Below, piece after piece: positions 21,301-30,809 of a DNA stretch of 64,000 bases. The stretch lies in the NCBI GenBank assembly GCA_963843555.1, contig CAWJKV010000007.1, forward strand, positions 32,001-96,000, given 5' to 3'. How positions within the stretch are numbered: position 1 is the first letter of the stretch; the number at the start of each line of letters is the position of its first letter. The position numbers were made by a program, and so were the translations under genes. Origin of the DNA: an uncultured Methanosarcinales archaeon. GTDB lineage: Archaea > Halobacteriota > Methanosarcinia > Methanotrichales > Methanotrichaceae. The notes under the pieces were generated by a model that was not told where the DNA came from, ran no database searches, and worked only from the letters and a program-made list of their open reading frames with translations.

Positions 21301-22998
21301 ATGAGCAATGCTGATGTCTTTGCAGGTGTTTGGCGTGCCGGAAGCGACCCGTACTATCTCTGGGTCTCTGGCTGGGACAGTTTCAAGGCGAAGTGGGAGG
21401 AGCTCTCCAAGCAGAACCTGAGGCTCGTGGACCTGAAGGTCTACCCGAAACCTGGAGGCACAACCTTCGGAGGAGTCTGGCGCCAGGGCAGCGACGGCCA
21501 CTACCTCTGGGTGGGCGTCGACTGGAACAACTTCAAGGCAAAGTGGGAGGAACTCTCCAAGCAGAACCTGAGGCTCATAGACATTGAGGTCTACCAGGAG
21601 GGTGGCGCCACGAAGTTCGCAGGCGTCTGGCGATCTGGCTCTGACGGCCACTACCTCTGGGTGGGAGTCGATTGGAATAACTTCAAGGCGAAGTGGGAGG
21701 AGCTCTCCAAGGAGAACCTGAGGCTAATTGACATAGAGGTCTACCAGGAGGGCGGCGCCACGAAGTTCGCAGGTGTCTGGCGATCTGGCTCTGACGGCCA
21801 TTACCTCTGGGTGGGAGTAGACTGGAACAACTTCAACGCCAAGTGGAAGGAGCTCTCCAGTCAGAACCTCAGGCTGGTGGATCTTGAGATCTACCAGGAG
21901 GCAGGGGTCACGAAGTATGCCGGCGTCTGGCGTCAGGGCAGCGACGGCCACTACCTTTGGGTTGGTGTCGACTGGGAGAACTTCACATCTAAGTGGAAGG
22001 AACTGGCAAAACAGAATCTCAGGCTCACTTCCCTCGAGATCTATCCCGGGTCATGCGATGCAGCCTGCGCCAACCAGGTGCTCATGCCCGACAACCCCGG
22101 GACTCCCTACAAGGACACATACAACTACGGCATAACCGCAACGGCAACGCACTGCAAAGGGGCGCCGGGAACCTGTTCCCCGCCGGCAGCAGGAGAGCGG
22201 GTATACTACCGCTGGCCCTGCGCTACCTTTGACGGGAGCGAGAGGTACATCCGGCTCTCTGCCCTCTACTTCACCGGAGCGCCCTTCACCATACCCTTCT
22301 CAGATGCGAATGTGTTGAGGAGAGGGCCCTGGCTCTACAGTCCAGGCAGCTGGCACCACGCCATAGATTACAGCAGGGATGATGGAGATACCTTCAAGAT
22401 TCTGTCGGCAGCTCCGGGCAAGGTGATCCACATCGGCTGGGACAACTGGTCCGGGAACACCATGGTCGTCAGCCATGACTCCGGAGGCGTGACGGATGCC
22501 TTCAGGACGATCTATATGCACCTCCGGAACGGCCCGAAGACCGACTGCGAGGCCTCGTGGACCCAGACCGTCCCGACGCTTTCGGACCCCAGGCTCACAC
22601 AGTACAAGGCCTACCTTGCGGCGACGGGCTGCCCGAAGACAGGTACGAAGAATCCTGTGGAGAAGTACTGGGGAACAGATGCCCAGAAGATCGATATGAA
22701 TCTCCTCGGAAAGTCCGTGAAGGCGGGAGACCAACTGGCCTGGGCCGGGAATACGGGTCCGGGAGGCTGCGGATGCACCAGCGATGATCCCAACTGGAAG
22801 TGGGGTAAGGGGACAAACACCCACCTTCACATATTCTTCGCCTGCCGGGACCCAAAGGACAATGAGTGGTATTTCATAGATCCATACGGGATTTATGCTC
22901 CGCCGAGCTGCTATCCTGCCAATCTGACGGACCCGATAAACAAGGCCTGTGCCAGGTATCCGATAGCATGGAAGGGTGGAAAGCCCCAGTACCCATAG
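21301..22998 (+). CDS. Five tandem ~50-aa repeats (BTRD1/polyglycine-hydrolase-like) fused to an M23 zinc metallopeptidase
   Basis: FAGVWR.GSDGHYLW..DW..F.AKW.EL...NLRL repeated 5 times; HHAIDY, GNTMVVSH, TIYMHL, VKAGDQ..AGNTG, THLH motifs. Confidence 0.85.
   Translation: MSNADVFAGVWRAGSDPYYLWVSGWDSFKAKWEELSKQNLRLVDLKVYPKPGGTTFGGVWRQGSDGHYLWVGVDWNNFKAKWEELSKQNLRLIDIEVYQEGGATKFAGVWRSGSDGHYLWVGVDWNNFKAKWEELSKENLRLIDIEVYQEGGATKFAGVWRSGSDGHYLWVGVDWNNFNAKWKELSSQNLRLVDLEIYQEAGVTKYAGVWRQGSDGHYLWVGVDWENFTSKWKELAKQNLRLTSLEIYPGSCDAACANQVLMPDNPGTPYKDTYNYGITATATHCKGAPGTCSPPAAGERVYYRWPCATFDGSERYIRLSALYFTGAPFTIPFSDANVLRRGPWLYSPGSWHHAIDYSRDDGDTFKILSAAPGKVIHIGWDNWSGNTMVVSHDSGGVTDAFRTIYMHLRNGPKTDCEASWTQTVPTLSDPRLTQYKAYLAATGCPKTGTKNPVEKYWGTDAQKIDMNLLGKSVKAGDQLAWAGNTGPGGCGCTSDDPNWKWGKGTNTHLHIFFACRDPKDNEWYFIDPYGIYAPPSCYPANLTDPINKACARYPIAWKGGKPQYP
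21319..22045 (+). repeat. 150-bp coding tandem repeat, 5 units
   Basis: GTCTGGCG.. recurs at 21475, 21625, 21775 and 21925; first unit is 147 bp. Confidence 0.9.
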
Positions 22999-23219
22999 GT
23001 AGATGGCAAGTCTAGAACCATTGGGCGGGGATTCTTCTCGCCCGTTAATTTTATTTATCTCTGATTGGACATCTTCGATCACGTAAAATTGGATGGTTTG
23101 GCGAAAAGTTCTATATCCAGGCGCTTCTTTCCTAATTTTAAGTCTAATATAGAATTTTTGTTGATCAGACGAGCGCCGAGATCGGGAAATATGATTCTAT
23201 AGGCTCATATGAAATGCAT

Positions 23220-23897
23220 GCCCGAAAATCGGACGCACGCTTCTCGATTGGGCGGACGATATCAAACAACTCGGGCGACCAGTTGGATCTAAAACAGTTT
23301 GGCGTCACAGGCTGGTCAATGGGTGGACAATGCGCTCTTGCTTGTGCCCAACATCTTTCCGATAGCGTTGCAGCCGCGGCTATCATGGCGGGCGCTGTGC
23401 ATTTGGACAGCTTCGACTCATTCGACGAGTTGAACAAACTTGATCAATGTCTTATCCGTCTCTCCGAGCACGTGCCCAAAGCAGCAGAAGCGATCTTTTT
23501 CTCAATGGGCAAACTGGCAGAACACGCTCCCCAGACCTGGAACACAATCATGTTACGGTCGACCGTCCAGATCGATTCGGAAGCGATTCGTCGTCAACCT
23601 CTGCCGGGCGTTGCCGGATTCGCTGCGCCCGCCTTGCTTAATGCTAAGGGTATGGTCGAAGAATATCGCGTATGGGTCAAGCCGTGGGGCTTTTCGTTTG
23701 AACAAATCCATTGTCCGGTAATGGTGTGGCAAGGCGATGCGGACGAGCTGGTGCCCAAGCAATGGGCGGAGGAAATGGCGCGACGCATCACGCACGCTCG
23801 TCTGCATCTGATTGTGGGGGAAGGGCATCTCTTGCCATACAATAATTACAGGGACATTTTGAGCGAGTTGATACTAGAAAGTGGCAAATCGCTATGA
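23220..23897 (+). pseudogene. Alpha/beta hydrolase lacking its N-terminus
   Basis: RTLLDWADDIKQL(+1)DQL, GWSMGG, QGDADELVP, EGHLL; in-frame TGA at 23210 and no upstream HG/oxyanion region. Confidence 0.7.
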
Positions 23898-24170
23898 TCC
23901 GAACGGCTGATGCAAAGGGAGAATCGGCTTGCCCGCGAAGGATATAATGTTCAATTGCTATCCGGCCTTCCCTTGCTAGCTCTACAATAAGAGGATCATA
24001 TCGGGCATATATCATCCATGCGCATCTACTGAGCCTGCTATGTTCAATCTTTCCGTTGTGGTCGTTCAATTTCCAAAGGATTGTTATGCGGCGACTGGGG
24101 TCCGTATGATATCTACATAAGAACCACGCTTTAATATTAAGCCGAATAATTGGCATTGGGAGGAATCTGG

Positions 24171-24950
24171 ATCAAAGCAATCAAGAAGATATTTATCGTC
24201 CTGATATTGGGAATGTTGGTAGCAGCTGGAGCTGCGCAGGAAGCTGCTCAAGAAGGAGCAGAACGTTATGAGCAGCCGCATGATGGCGGCCCTAATGATG
24301 GTGGACAGCCGCATGATGGCGGCCCTAATGATGGTGGACAGCCACACGATGGAGGCCCTAATGACGGTGGACAGCCACACGATGGAGGCCCTAATGACGG
24401 TGGACAGCCACACGATGGAGGCCCTAATGACGGTGGACAGCCACACGATGGAGGCCCTAATGACGGTGGACAGCCACACGATGGAGGCCCTAATGACGGT
24501 GGACAGCCACACGATGGAGGCCCTAATGACGGTGGACAGCCACATGATGGAGGCTCAAATGACGGCGGACATCCACATGATGGATGCCAGAATAACGACT
24601 GCTACTATTACTACAGCGGATGGTTCAACTATCCCTATACATATCCCAGCTACTATTATTACAGCTACCCTGTGGCTGCGCAGATACTGATAAAAGTGCA
24701 ATACACAACTGACGGATATATGTGGAAAGCTGCTCCCTATGCAAATGTCTATAATAATAATAAATTCATAGGAACTACTGATATCAATGGTTGCTTATAT
24801 TACACATACTCATATTACACGTCATCGCAGCCAAGTTGTCATAACTATGCAGCATCTGTGACGGTGAGTGGTATGAATTACCATGGTGTCATAAATCAAA
24901 AATGTGATAATTCGGCTACAGTAATTTACTTACGCCCATCGCCCTATTGA
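24171..24950 (+). CDS. Secreted His/Asp/Gly-repeat, Tyr-rich protein; probable ATC start at 24171, alternative TTG at 24150
   Basis: Signal peptide KAIKKIFIVLILGMLVAAGAA, (QPHDGGPNDGG)9, Tyr-rich segment, beta-rich C-terminal domain. Confidence 0.75.
   Translation: MKAIKKIFIVLILGMLVAAGAAQEAAQEGAERYEQPHDGGPNDGGQPHDGGPNDGGQPHDGGPNDGGQPHDGGPNDGGQPHDGGPNDGGQPHDGGPNDGGQPHDGGPNDGGQPHDGGPNDGGQPHDGGSNDGGHPHDGCQNNDCYYYYSGWFNYPYTYPSYYYYSYPVAAQILIKVQYTTDGYMWKAAPYANVYNNNKFIGTTDINGCLYYTYSYYTSSQPSCHNYAASVTVSGMNYHGVINQKCDNSATVIYLRPSPY
24273..24584 (+). repeat. 33-bp coding tandem repeat, 9 full units plus 1 partial
   Basis: CAGCCACACGATGGAGGCCCTAATGACGGTGGA units abut with no spacers. Confidence 0.95.
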
Positions 24951-25728
24951 TTTATTACCAAATTTTTTAAATAACCAACGATATTAATCATAGGCGAGGA
25001 AGATTGTGAGTTCGTTTCATCACCTCATTCTTCCTCCCACTGCCTCATGTATACTGCCTCACCAAATGTTCCAAATTCATGCTCTTGGATCTTCTTGTAG
25101 AATTTATCCATCCAATCAAAAATAATAGATCTACAAGAATTTTACGCGGTCGATTTAAGAAATGCCAATCAATCTATTATACTTGCTGGTATCTTCTATA
25201 AGTCCCCTCATGGGTTTTGTGTAGAGCCGAAACATCCCGCATAAAAGTGCGAAAGATTATGAATCATACTTGAATGCTCGGTCGTAGCGCGGCCAAGTCT
25301 CTTCATGTACTTCCCTCCAGTGTTGGCGTTGCTTAGCTTATTGTCCACTTTGGAGGGATTCACTCCAGAGAATTGGCTGCCTTTCTATGTCGAAGATTTA
25401 CATATCAATCCTGAGCTTAATCCCTTTGAATTCGCGGTGATAAAGAGGGATGACGGTAAGAAACAGCTCACCAATGGTTTGTCATAGATTCGCAGAACTT
25501 TCCTCTACAGAAAACTGAGTTAGTGTTTCATAAATTTTAGAACCAATGCTCAGATAGTTGGGCCTGCCCAACCATACGAACTTCTGCCTGGCTTTCCCGG
25601 GGTGCATCCTGGCCTTCATCAAGTCACGAATAGCGACTCTATGCGCCGGTGCGTAACTTCGTATGACACTCACATAAAAGTTGTCTTCTAATACCAGGCC
25701 AGTCGTATTATAGTGCAGAGGGATCTTA

Positions 25729-26043
25729 ATCAAAGCAATTAAACTCTTGTTGACCGTTCTGGTATTAGGACTGCTGGTAGCAACGGCAGCCGCGAATAAG
25801 CCATATCCACACGATGGATGTCATGACTGCGGATATTATCCCGCATATGATTACTATTATAGCTACTCTTGGTATTACCCAACGTATATGTATGCATATT
25901 ATCCAACGTATACATATACACATTATCCAACGTATACATATCCTTGCGACTATAGCTACGGGTGTTATCCTGCATACACATACCCGACATACCCATACTC
26001 AAATTATTATTACGGCAATTACTGGTACTATTCGATGTACTGA
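25729..26043 (+). CDS. Small secreted Tyr-rich protein, paralog of the 24171 gene; probable ATC start, alternative TTG at 25747
   Basis: Signal peptide KAIKLLLTVLVLGLLVATAAA, PHDGCHDC, YPTYxY repeats. Confidence 0.7.
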   Translation: MKAIKLLLTVLVLGLLVATAAANKPYPHDGCHDCGYYPAYDYYYSYSWYYPTYMYAYYPTYTYTHYPTYTYPCDYSYGCYPAYTYPTYPYSNYYYGNYWYYSMY

Positions 26044-26487
26044 TAAGAATATGGATTAAATTTATCTTTTTTCCGGACTGCCCACCAGGTTTAGCTCTCG
26101 TCTCTCCAATGTTGGTAATACAGTACTAGATCTAGATCTTCACTGGTTGGTTATTAAAATTATCTCCCCCTCTATCCTGATCCTGCCTCCCATAGGGTGT
26201 TCATGATCGACTTTTGAATCGTTTTTGAGGCGCCTACTCCAATTATCTTGCCAATCTTCTGGCAAATTGGCCATTCCAGAATCTTTGGAATCGGCTCCTG
26301 TAAACGATCAATCCAGGCCAAAGATAACGGATTCTTTGGATGGCAATACACCATAGGGCACACCCCGTGGGATTTTGGCCGGAAAGTGAAGCTGGAATTA
26401 GCCTTCATACCCTGGATCCTTGGCTTTGCCGAAGGCTGCTTCGGCTTCTATTTTGGCTTATGGAAATGGCTGCCGGTTCAGTGGAGC

Positions 26488-28236
26488 TTAAACCTTCTGT
26501 CCCACTACATGCCTAATCTCCACTGCCACGCCCCGGCGGGATGCCTTCATCTCCCAGCCTGACATCCTGGCCCGACCGACACCAAAGGCTTTCTCGCCTG
26601 CTACTATTACCTCGTCTCCCGGCCGGATCTGCTCATCGGCGTCGACGACGCCTGGCGCCAGCAAGGAGCCTTTAGGCAGGAAGTCGCCTATCTTGACCAC
26701 GTATTGTCCCAGAGGCTCCAGACGCTTTGCTCCTGCCAGAGAGAGGGCGACGGTGCCATTGGGGGTTGTCGCAGCCAGCTGCCTTTTACTCTCGTCCTGG
26801 ATCTCTCTGCCCTTAACCACTATCTTTCCTTCCAAGAGAGCGTCGCCTGCACCAGGACCGAAATGGAAATCCGCGTGAGCCCGGTAGCGCAGCAGCCGAA
26901 GATCGGGCAGGCGGATGGCGTCGCGGCAGGCCCCGGATACAGCATCTGATAGCGCCTGCAGGGCCTGGCTGCTGGTGCCGCCGCCCGTATAGACTGCCTC
27001 GAGGCAGGAGTCTTTCACGGCCTGCTCCAGCTCTCCTTCCAGGTGGGCCACGATTCTGGCATACTTATTCTTCTTGAGGTAGGCCTCTAAACACGTGGTC
27101 AGCCAGGCTCTCTCCTCCAGGTCCCAGCGGCCGGTGACGGGAACATCGTAGCTGGAGGCGGGATAGGCTTCTTCCAGCTCACGTGGCACCAGGGCCAGGG
27201 GTGATGTCAAAATAAGCTCGTGCAGATAGCGGCGATGGGATCCGATGGCTTCCGCAAAGAGCCGGTGCGATCGGGAGGTGGAGTAAGGCTTTCTGGCGGA
27301 GCAGGGCAGCAGCAGAAGTACATCGCTTTGCGGAGCCTTGTATCGGCTAATTACCCTCTCAGCAAAGCGGGTGACCTCCACGCGTTGCAACGATTCAGCG
27401 GTATTGGCATAGAATTTGCTTCTTCTGCTCTGGGGCGTCCTCTTCTCCAGGTACTGGTGCTCTGCGTCCAGCAGCCGCAGGGCTGCCGTCTGATCGGGGG
27501 CCACTCGCACCTGCCGTTCAATGTATTCACGAGAGGTCTCAGAGCGAACCGCTTCTCGAACCGAGAGCAACTCCTCCTCCAGCATATGCTGGTTGTGAGC
27601 AATGAGTAGCTTTGTCTCCCGGCCGTTCTCGGCCATCTTCTGGCAGTGCGGGCAGAGGCAGGGCAGTTCCACAAGATCGCTCAAAATCCGCATCCCATCG
27701 CGGGTGTGGTAGCGGCCCAGGAGGCCGTCAGCCACCATGCGGGTTCTGTCCAGGAGATCAAGGCCCAAGTACACCAGGAGGGCCAGATTGGCAGGCGTGG
27801 CGAGAGCTGGAGCATAAAGAGCAGTATCCGGCGGGGTCGCATCCCTTACGTTGATAATGGCTTTCACCAGGTCTCTGGGATTCTTGATAGTTCCTGCGTT
27901 GCCCAGCAAATAAACGTCCGCATTTTCAGGCTTCTTTTCGCTGAAAGGATGAACGAGCACGCCCTTGGGGCCATCCATCTCGATTGCTGGCAGCTCCATG
28001 GCCGGCTCGGAATGCAGAGCTGCTGGGACGTATGGCAGAATTGCCAGCTTTTTTTGGCTTCCCAAACACTCTTGGGCCAAAATGGCTTCGTCAACAGAGG
28101 CATAGCTGTAGACGCTGCCGGCAGTTACGTAATCATCGCTGGTGATGAAGCCGGGCGAGCTGATCGACCTCTCCAGGAGCAGCTTTCCCATGCGGGCCGG
28201 GCCGTCGCGGCGGAGGACTTCGAAGTACTTGGTCAT
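26488..28236 (-). CDS. arcS: Archaeosine synthase ArcS (TgtA2)
   Basis: RDGPARMG, PCSARKPYS.SRSH, TSPLALVPRELE, YDVPVTG motifs and C-terminal PUA domain. Confidence 0.92.
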   Translation of the reverse strand: MTKYFEVLRRDGPARMGKLLLERSISSPGFITSDDYVTAGSVYSYASVDEAILAQECLGSQKKLAILPYVPAALHSEPAMELPAIEMDGPKGVLVHPFSEKKPENADVYLLGNAGTIKNPRDLVKAIINVRDATPPDTALYAPALATPANLALLVYLGLDLLDRTRMVADGLLGRYHTRDGMRILSDLVELPCLCPHCQKMAENGRETKLLIAHNQHMLEEELLSVREAVRSETSREYIERQVRVAPDQTAALRLLDAEHQYLEKRTPQSRRSKFYANTAESLQRVEVTRFAERVISRYKAPQSDVLLLLPCSARKPYSTSRSHRLFAEAIGSHRRYLHELILTSPLALVPRELEEAYPASSYDVPVTGRWDLEERAWLTTCLEAYLKKNKYARIVAHLEGELEQAVKDSCLEAVYTGGGTSSQALQALSDAVSGACRDAIRLPDLRLLRYRAHADFHFGPGAGDALLEGKIVVKGREIQDESKRQLAATTPNGTVALSLAGAKRLEPLGQYVVKIGDFLPKGSLLAPGVVDADEQIRPGDEVIVAGEKAFGVGRARMSGWEMKASRRGVAVEIRHVVGQKV

Positions 28237-28455
28237 AGATTTATGCACCTGGCGGATCGTGAATGTTGGGATGTCTCGGATGGCAGGTGAAAGTCTTCAT
28301 ATCACGACCAATGATGGCATGATCATATAAAAAGAAGCTTTGCGTCGAAGACAGCCACTGGATCGTCAGTGATCAAAACCTCATGAAAGGCATAAAGGTA
28401 TTGAATCCAACTGCCATCGGAAGCTTCAACTATAAAAAGTGACTTATACCTTCTT

Positions 28456-28656
28456 ATGTCCGAGTTGAAGGCGGAGATCTCCTTGCCGAAACGCCTGGCT
28501 GAAGACATGCAAGCTCAGGTCAAGGCTGGCTGGTTTCCTGACCTCAACAGCCTGGTAGTAGAAGCGGTGCGTCGGTACCTGGAGGCTCATCATGGTGAGC
28601 TGAAGGAGCAGTTCATACGCCAGGATGTGGCGTGGGGACTCTGCGGCAATGATTGA
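28456..28656 (+). CDS. CopG/RHH antitoxin-like protein
   Basis: ISLPKRL...VKAGWFPDLNSLVVEAVRRYL; TATAAAAA about 25 nt upstream; overlaps a PIN relic. Confidence 0.7.
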   Translation: MSELKAEISLPKRLAEDMQAQVKAGWFPDLNSLVVEAVRRYLEAHHGELKEQFIRQDVAWGLCGND

Positions 28657-28735
28657 TGCGGTTTGGATTCCGGACCGCTAATTCACCTTGCTGAATTCGA
28701 TGTCCTTGATGTGATCTGCGATCTTTTCTTCTCTC
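28649..28735 (+). pseudogene. PIN-domain toxin N-terminal relic
   Basis: MIDAV(-1)DSGPLIHLAEFDVLD; similarity ends just before the tgtA 3' end. Confidence 0.6.
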
Positions 28736-28758
28736 GCCGAAATGGCAAGTATAACAGC

Positions 28759-30187
28759 TTACTGCTGCTTCAAGCGTTCTTCAAAATCCCTGATCTTCAA
28801 TCGGAAGCTGAACCTGGCCTCTGGATTGGCCTTGATAAGCTCTCTAGTGTTTCTCGCGGCCTGATGGATAGCCGCGTCATCTGCCTCCTCCGGGACTTCG
28901 GCATTGAATGGATAGGTCTCGGCAAGCTCTCGTGGATACGCACCGAAGGGCGGCTTGAAGTTCAAGACATGGTCAAAACCGGTCGTATCTGCATCAGAGT
29001 CGTCCGTGATCAGGATGCTTGCCGTCCAAACTGATTCGTCCAACCCTCCTGGCATATCTCACAACTTCCGGCCGGGAGGCGGACTCCGGGCTAAGATAAA
29101 AGAATGTGGACTTACTGGCAGAATCCAGGTCCTCGAGCCATTTTCCCTGGCCGCAAAGCCTCTTCAAGCCGTCCAGCATGCGCGGGTGCGACCGGCAGCG
29201 CGTCTCTAGAAGATCCCAGAGCGATCCCTCGCGAATGCTCTGCTTGACGAGCCTTATCTCCTGCAGCGAGACGTAGAGATTGTGCCTGGCCAGATCTCTG
29301 GTCTTATGAGGGCTGTCCATCAGCTCCTGGCGGGTATGCGCCTGGCAGACTGGACAGGAGCAGGGAAGGTATTTCATCTCCTCCAATTTCCAGGTCCCGC
29401 GCACAGTCAGGTACCTGTCCTGGCGGGCATAAAGAGCGTATGCCGCAGAATCAAATAAGTCGCAGCCCATGGCGGCTGCCAGAGCGAAGATCATGGGATG
29501 TCCGGCCCCGAAAAGATGGACAGGAACGCCAGAGCCCAGCCCCTTCTTGGCGGCCACTACCACATCTACCAGATCTCTGTACCTGTAGGCCTCCATGAGG
29601 GGCACCACTCCGCCCACTGGGTAAACGTCGAAATTAAGGTCGCGGGCAAACTTGCCTGCTCTTTCCCTGAGATCGGGATAGGTCGAGCCCTGGATGGGGC
29701 CGGCGAGAAGTGCAGATCGATCAGTGGCGGCTGCGGCCTCTTGCAGCCGTTCCTCTGTTATTTGCAGCTCGGATTCTGCCCTATCCCTGGCGACATCAGG
29801 AGGAGTCGGTATGTCAAGGGGCACGGAGATATCTGATTTTATGGCGAATTGAAAATCCAGGATCTCAAGGGGCTGGACATCGATGTCTCCATAGACCGAG
29901 AGCTGGAAGGCGCCAGAGTCGGTCATTATCGGACCCTGGAAGCCCAGGAGATCGTGCAATCCGCGCTCTGTGGCCTGGTTTTTCAGGTCTGTATCCTGGT
30001 AAATTATGTAGCTATTGGTGATGATCATGTCCGCGCCTATCTGAGCCAGCTCTCCAGGTGGAATGAGGGGGAGGTGGGGATTGACCACGGGCATGAGCAA
30101 AGGTGTCTCAACTGTGCCGTGAGGTGTGGAAAGCCTGCCGATCCTTCCGGCCAGATCTTTGTGCAGTATCTCGAAGCGGTCCGGCAT
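28759..30187 (-). CDS. tgtA: Archaeosine tRNA-guanine transglycosylase (short form without PUA domain), +1 frameshift at about 29018
   Basis: ETPLLMPV, ITNSY, MTDSGAFQ, LDIPT, HLFGAGHP, DLFDSAAY, PCSCPVC; second ORF carries PFGAYP.EL.ETYPF. Confidence 0.92.
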
Positions 30188-30270
30188 AAGCCCACCTTCA
30201 CCAATAAGGAATAAATAGGTTGGGTCAGATTTCCCGAGAAAGGAAACTGAATAAAACGGGATGTATTAAT

Positions 30271-30756
30271 ATGAAAACGATAGCAACATTAATAGCACTG
30301 ACCTGCTTATTGGGCGTTGCCGGTGCCTTCATGGGCGAGGGATACAGCGCCAGCCAGCTGGCTTTCTTCAATGCACCAAGCGCATCGACTTTTGAACCCA
30401 ATGTCCAGCAGTACTGGGGATCCTATATTGCGAATACGCAAAATATGAGCCGCGGCAGTGGGACAACTGATATGGACCTCTTTATGAACACTTTCCGCCT
30501 GTTATTCGACACGCCCTTGCAGCTTGGTACAACGAGCTTCGCCAGCAATGTTTCAGCTCCGGCTCTCAGCATAGCCGAAAGAAATAGCCAGGATCTGACA
30601 AGTAGTGTCAACGAGGGCTTCAGCGCCTATCAGGTCTCATCATCCCCTGCTAAGAGTGGAAGCTTGACCACAACCAGCGGCACCGGAACGCCCGCCGCGG
30701 ATGCAACAGGAAAGATGCTCTCCCAGAATATCATGACCTTCAAATTCAACGTCTGA
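30271..30756 (+). CDS. Secreted hypothetical protein
   Basis: MKTIATLIALTCLLGVAGA signal peptide; Ser/Thr-rich. Confidence 0.75.
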   Translation: MKTIATLIALTCLLGVAGAFMGEGYSASQLAFFNAPSASTFEPNVQQYWGSYIANTQNMSRGSGTTDMDLFMNTFRLLFDTPLQLGTTSFASNVSAPALSIAERNSQDLTSSVNEGFSAYQVSSSPAKSGSLTTTSGTGTPAADATGKMLSQNIMTFKFNV

Positions 30757-30809
30757 AGTGCATTATATCTGAAAAATAACTCAAGAAAGCTCCGCCGTCA
30801 TTGGCAGAG

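Noticed and set aside
24273..24584. 33-bp repeats as a CRISPR array
   Set aside because: Units abut with no unique spacers, the length is a multiple of 3 inside a signal-peptide ORF, and no cas genes are present.
24960..25720. Short ORFs and a 10-bp inverted repeat (25092-25101/25130-25139) between the Tyr-rich paralogs
   Set aside because: They look like gene debris, but no family could be recognised, so support is insufficient.
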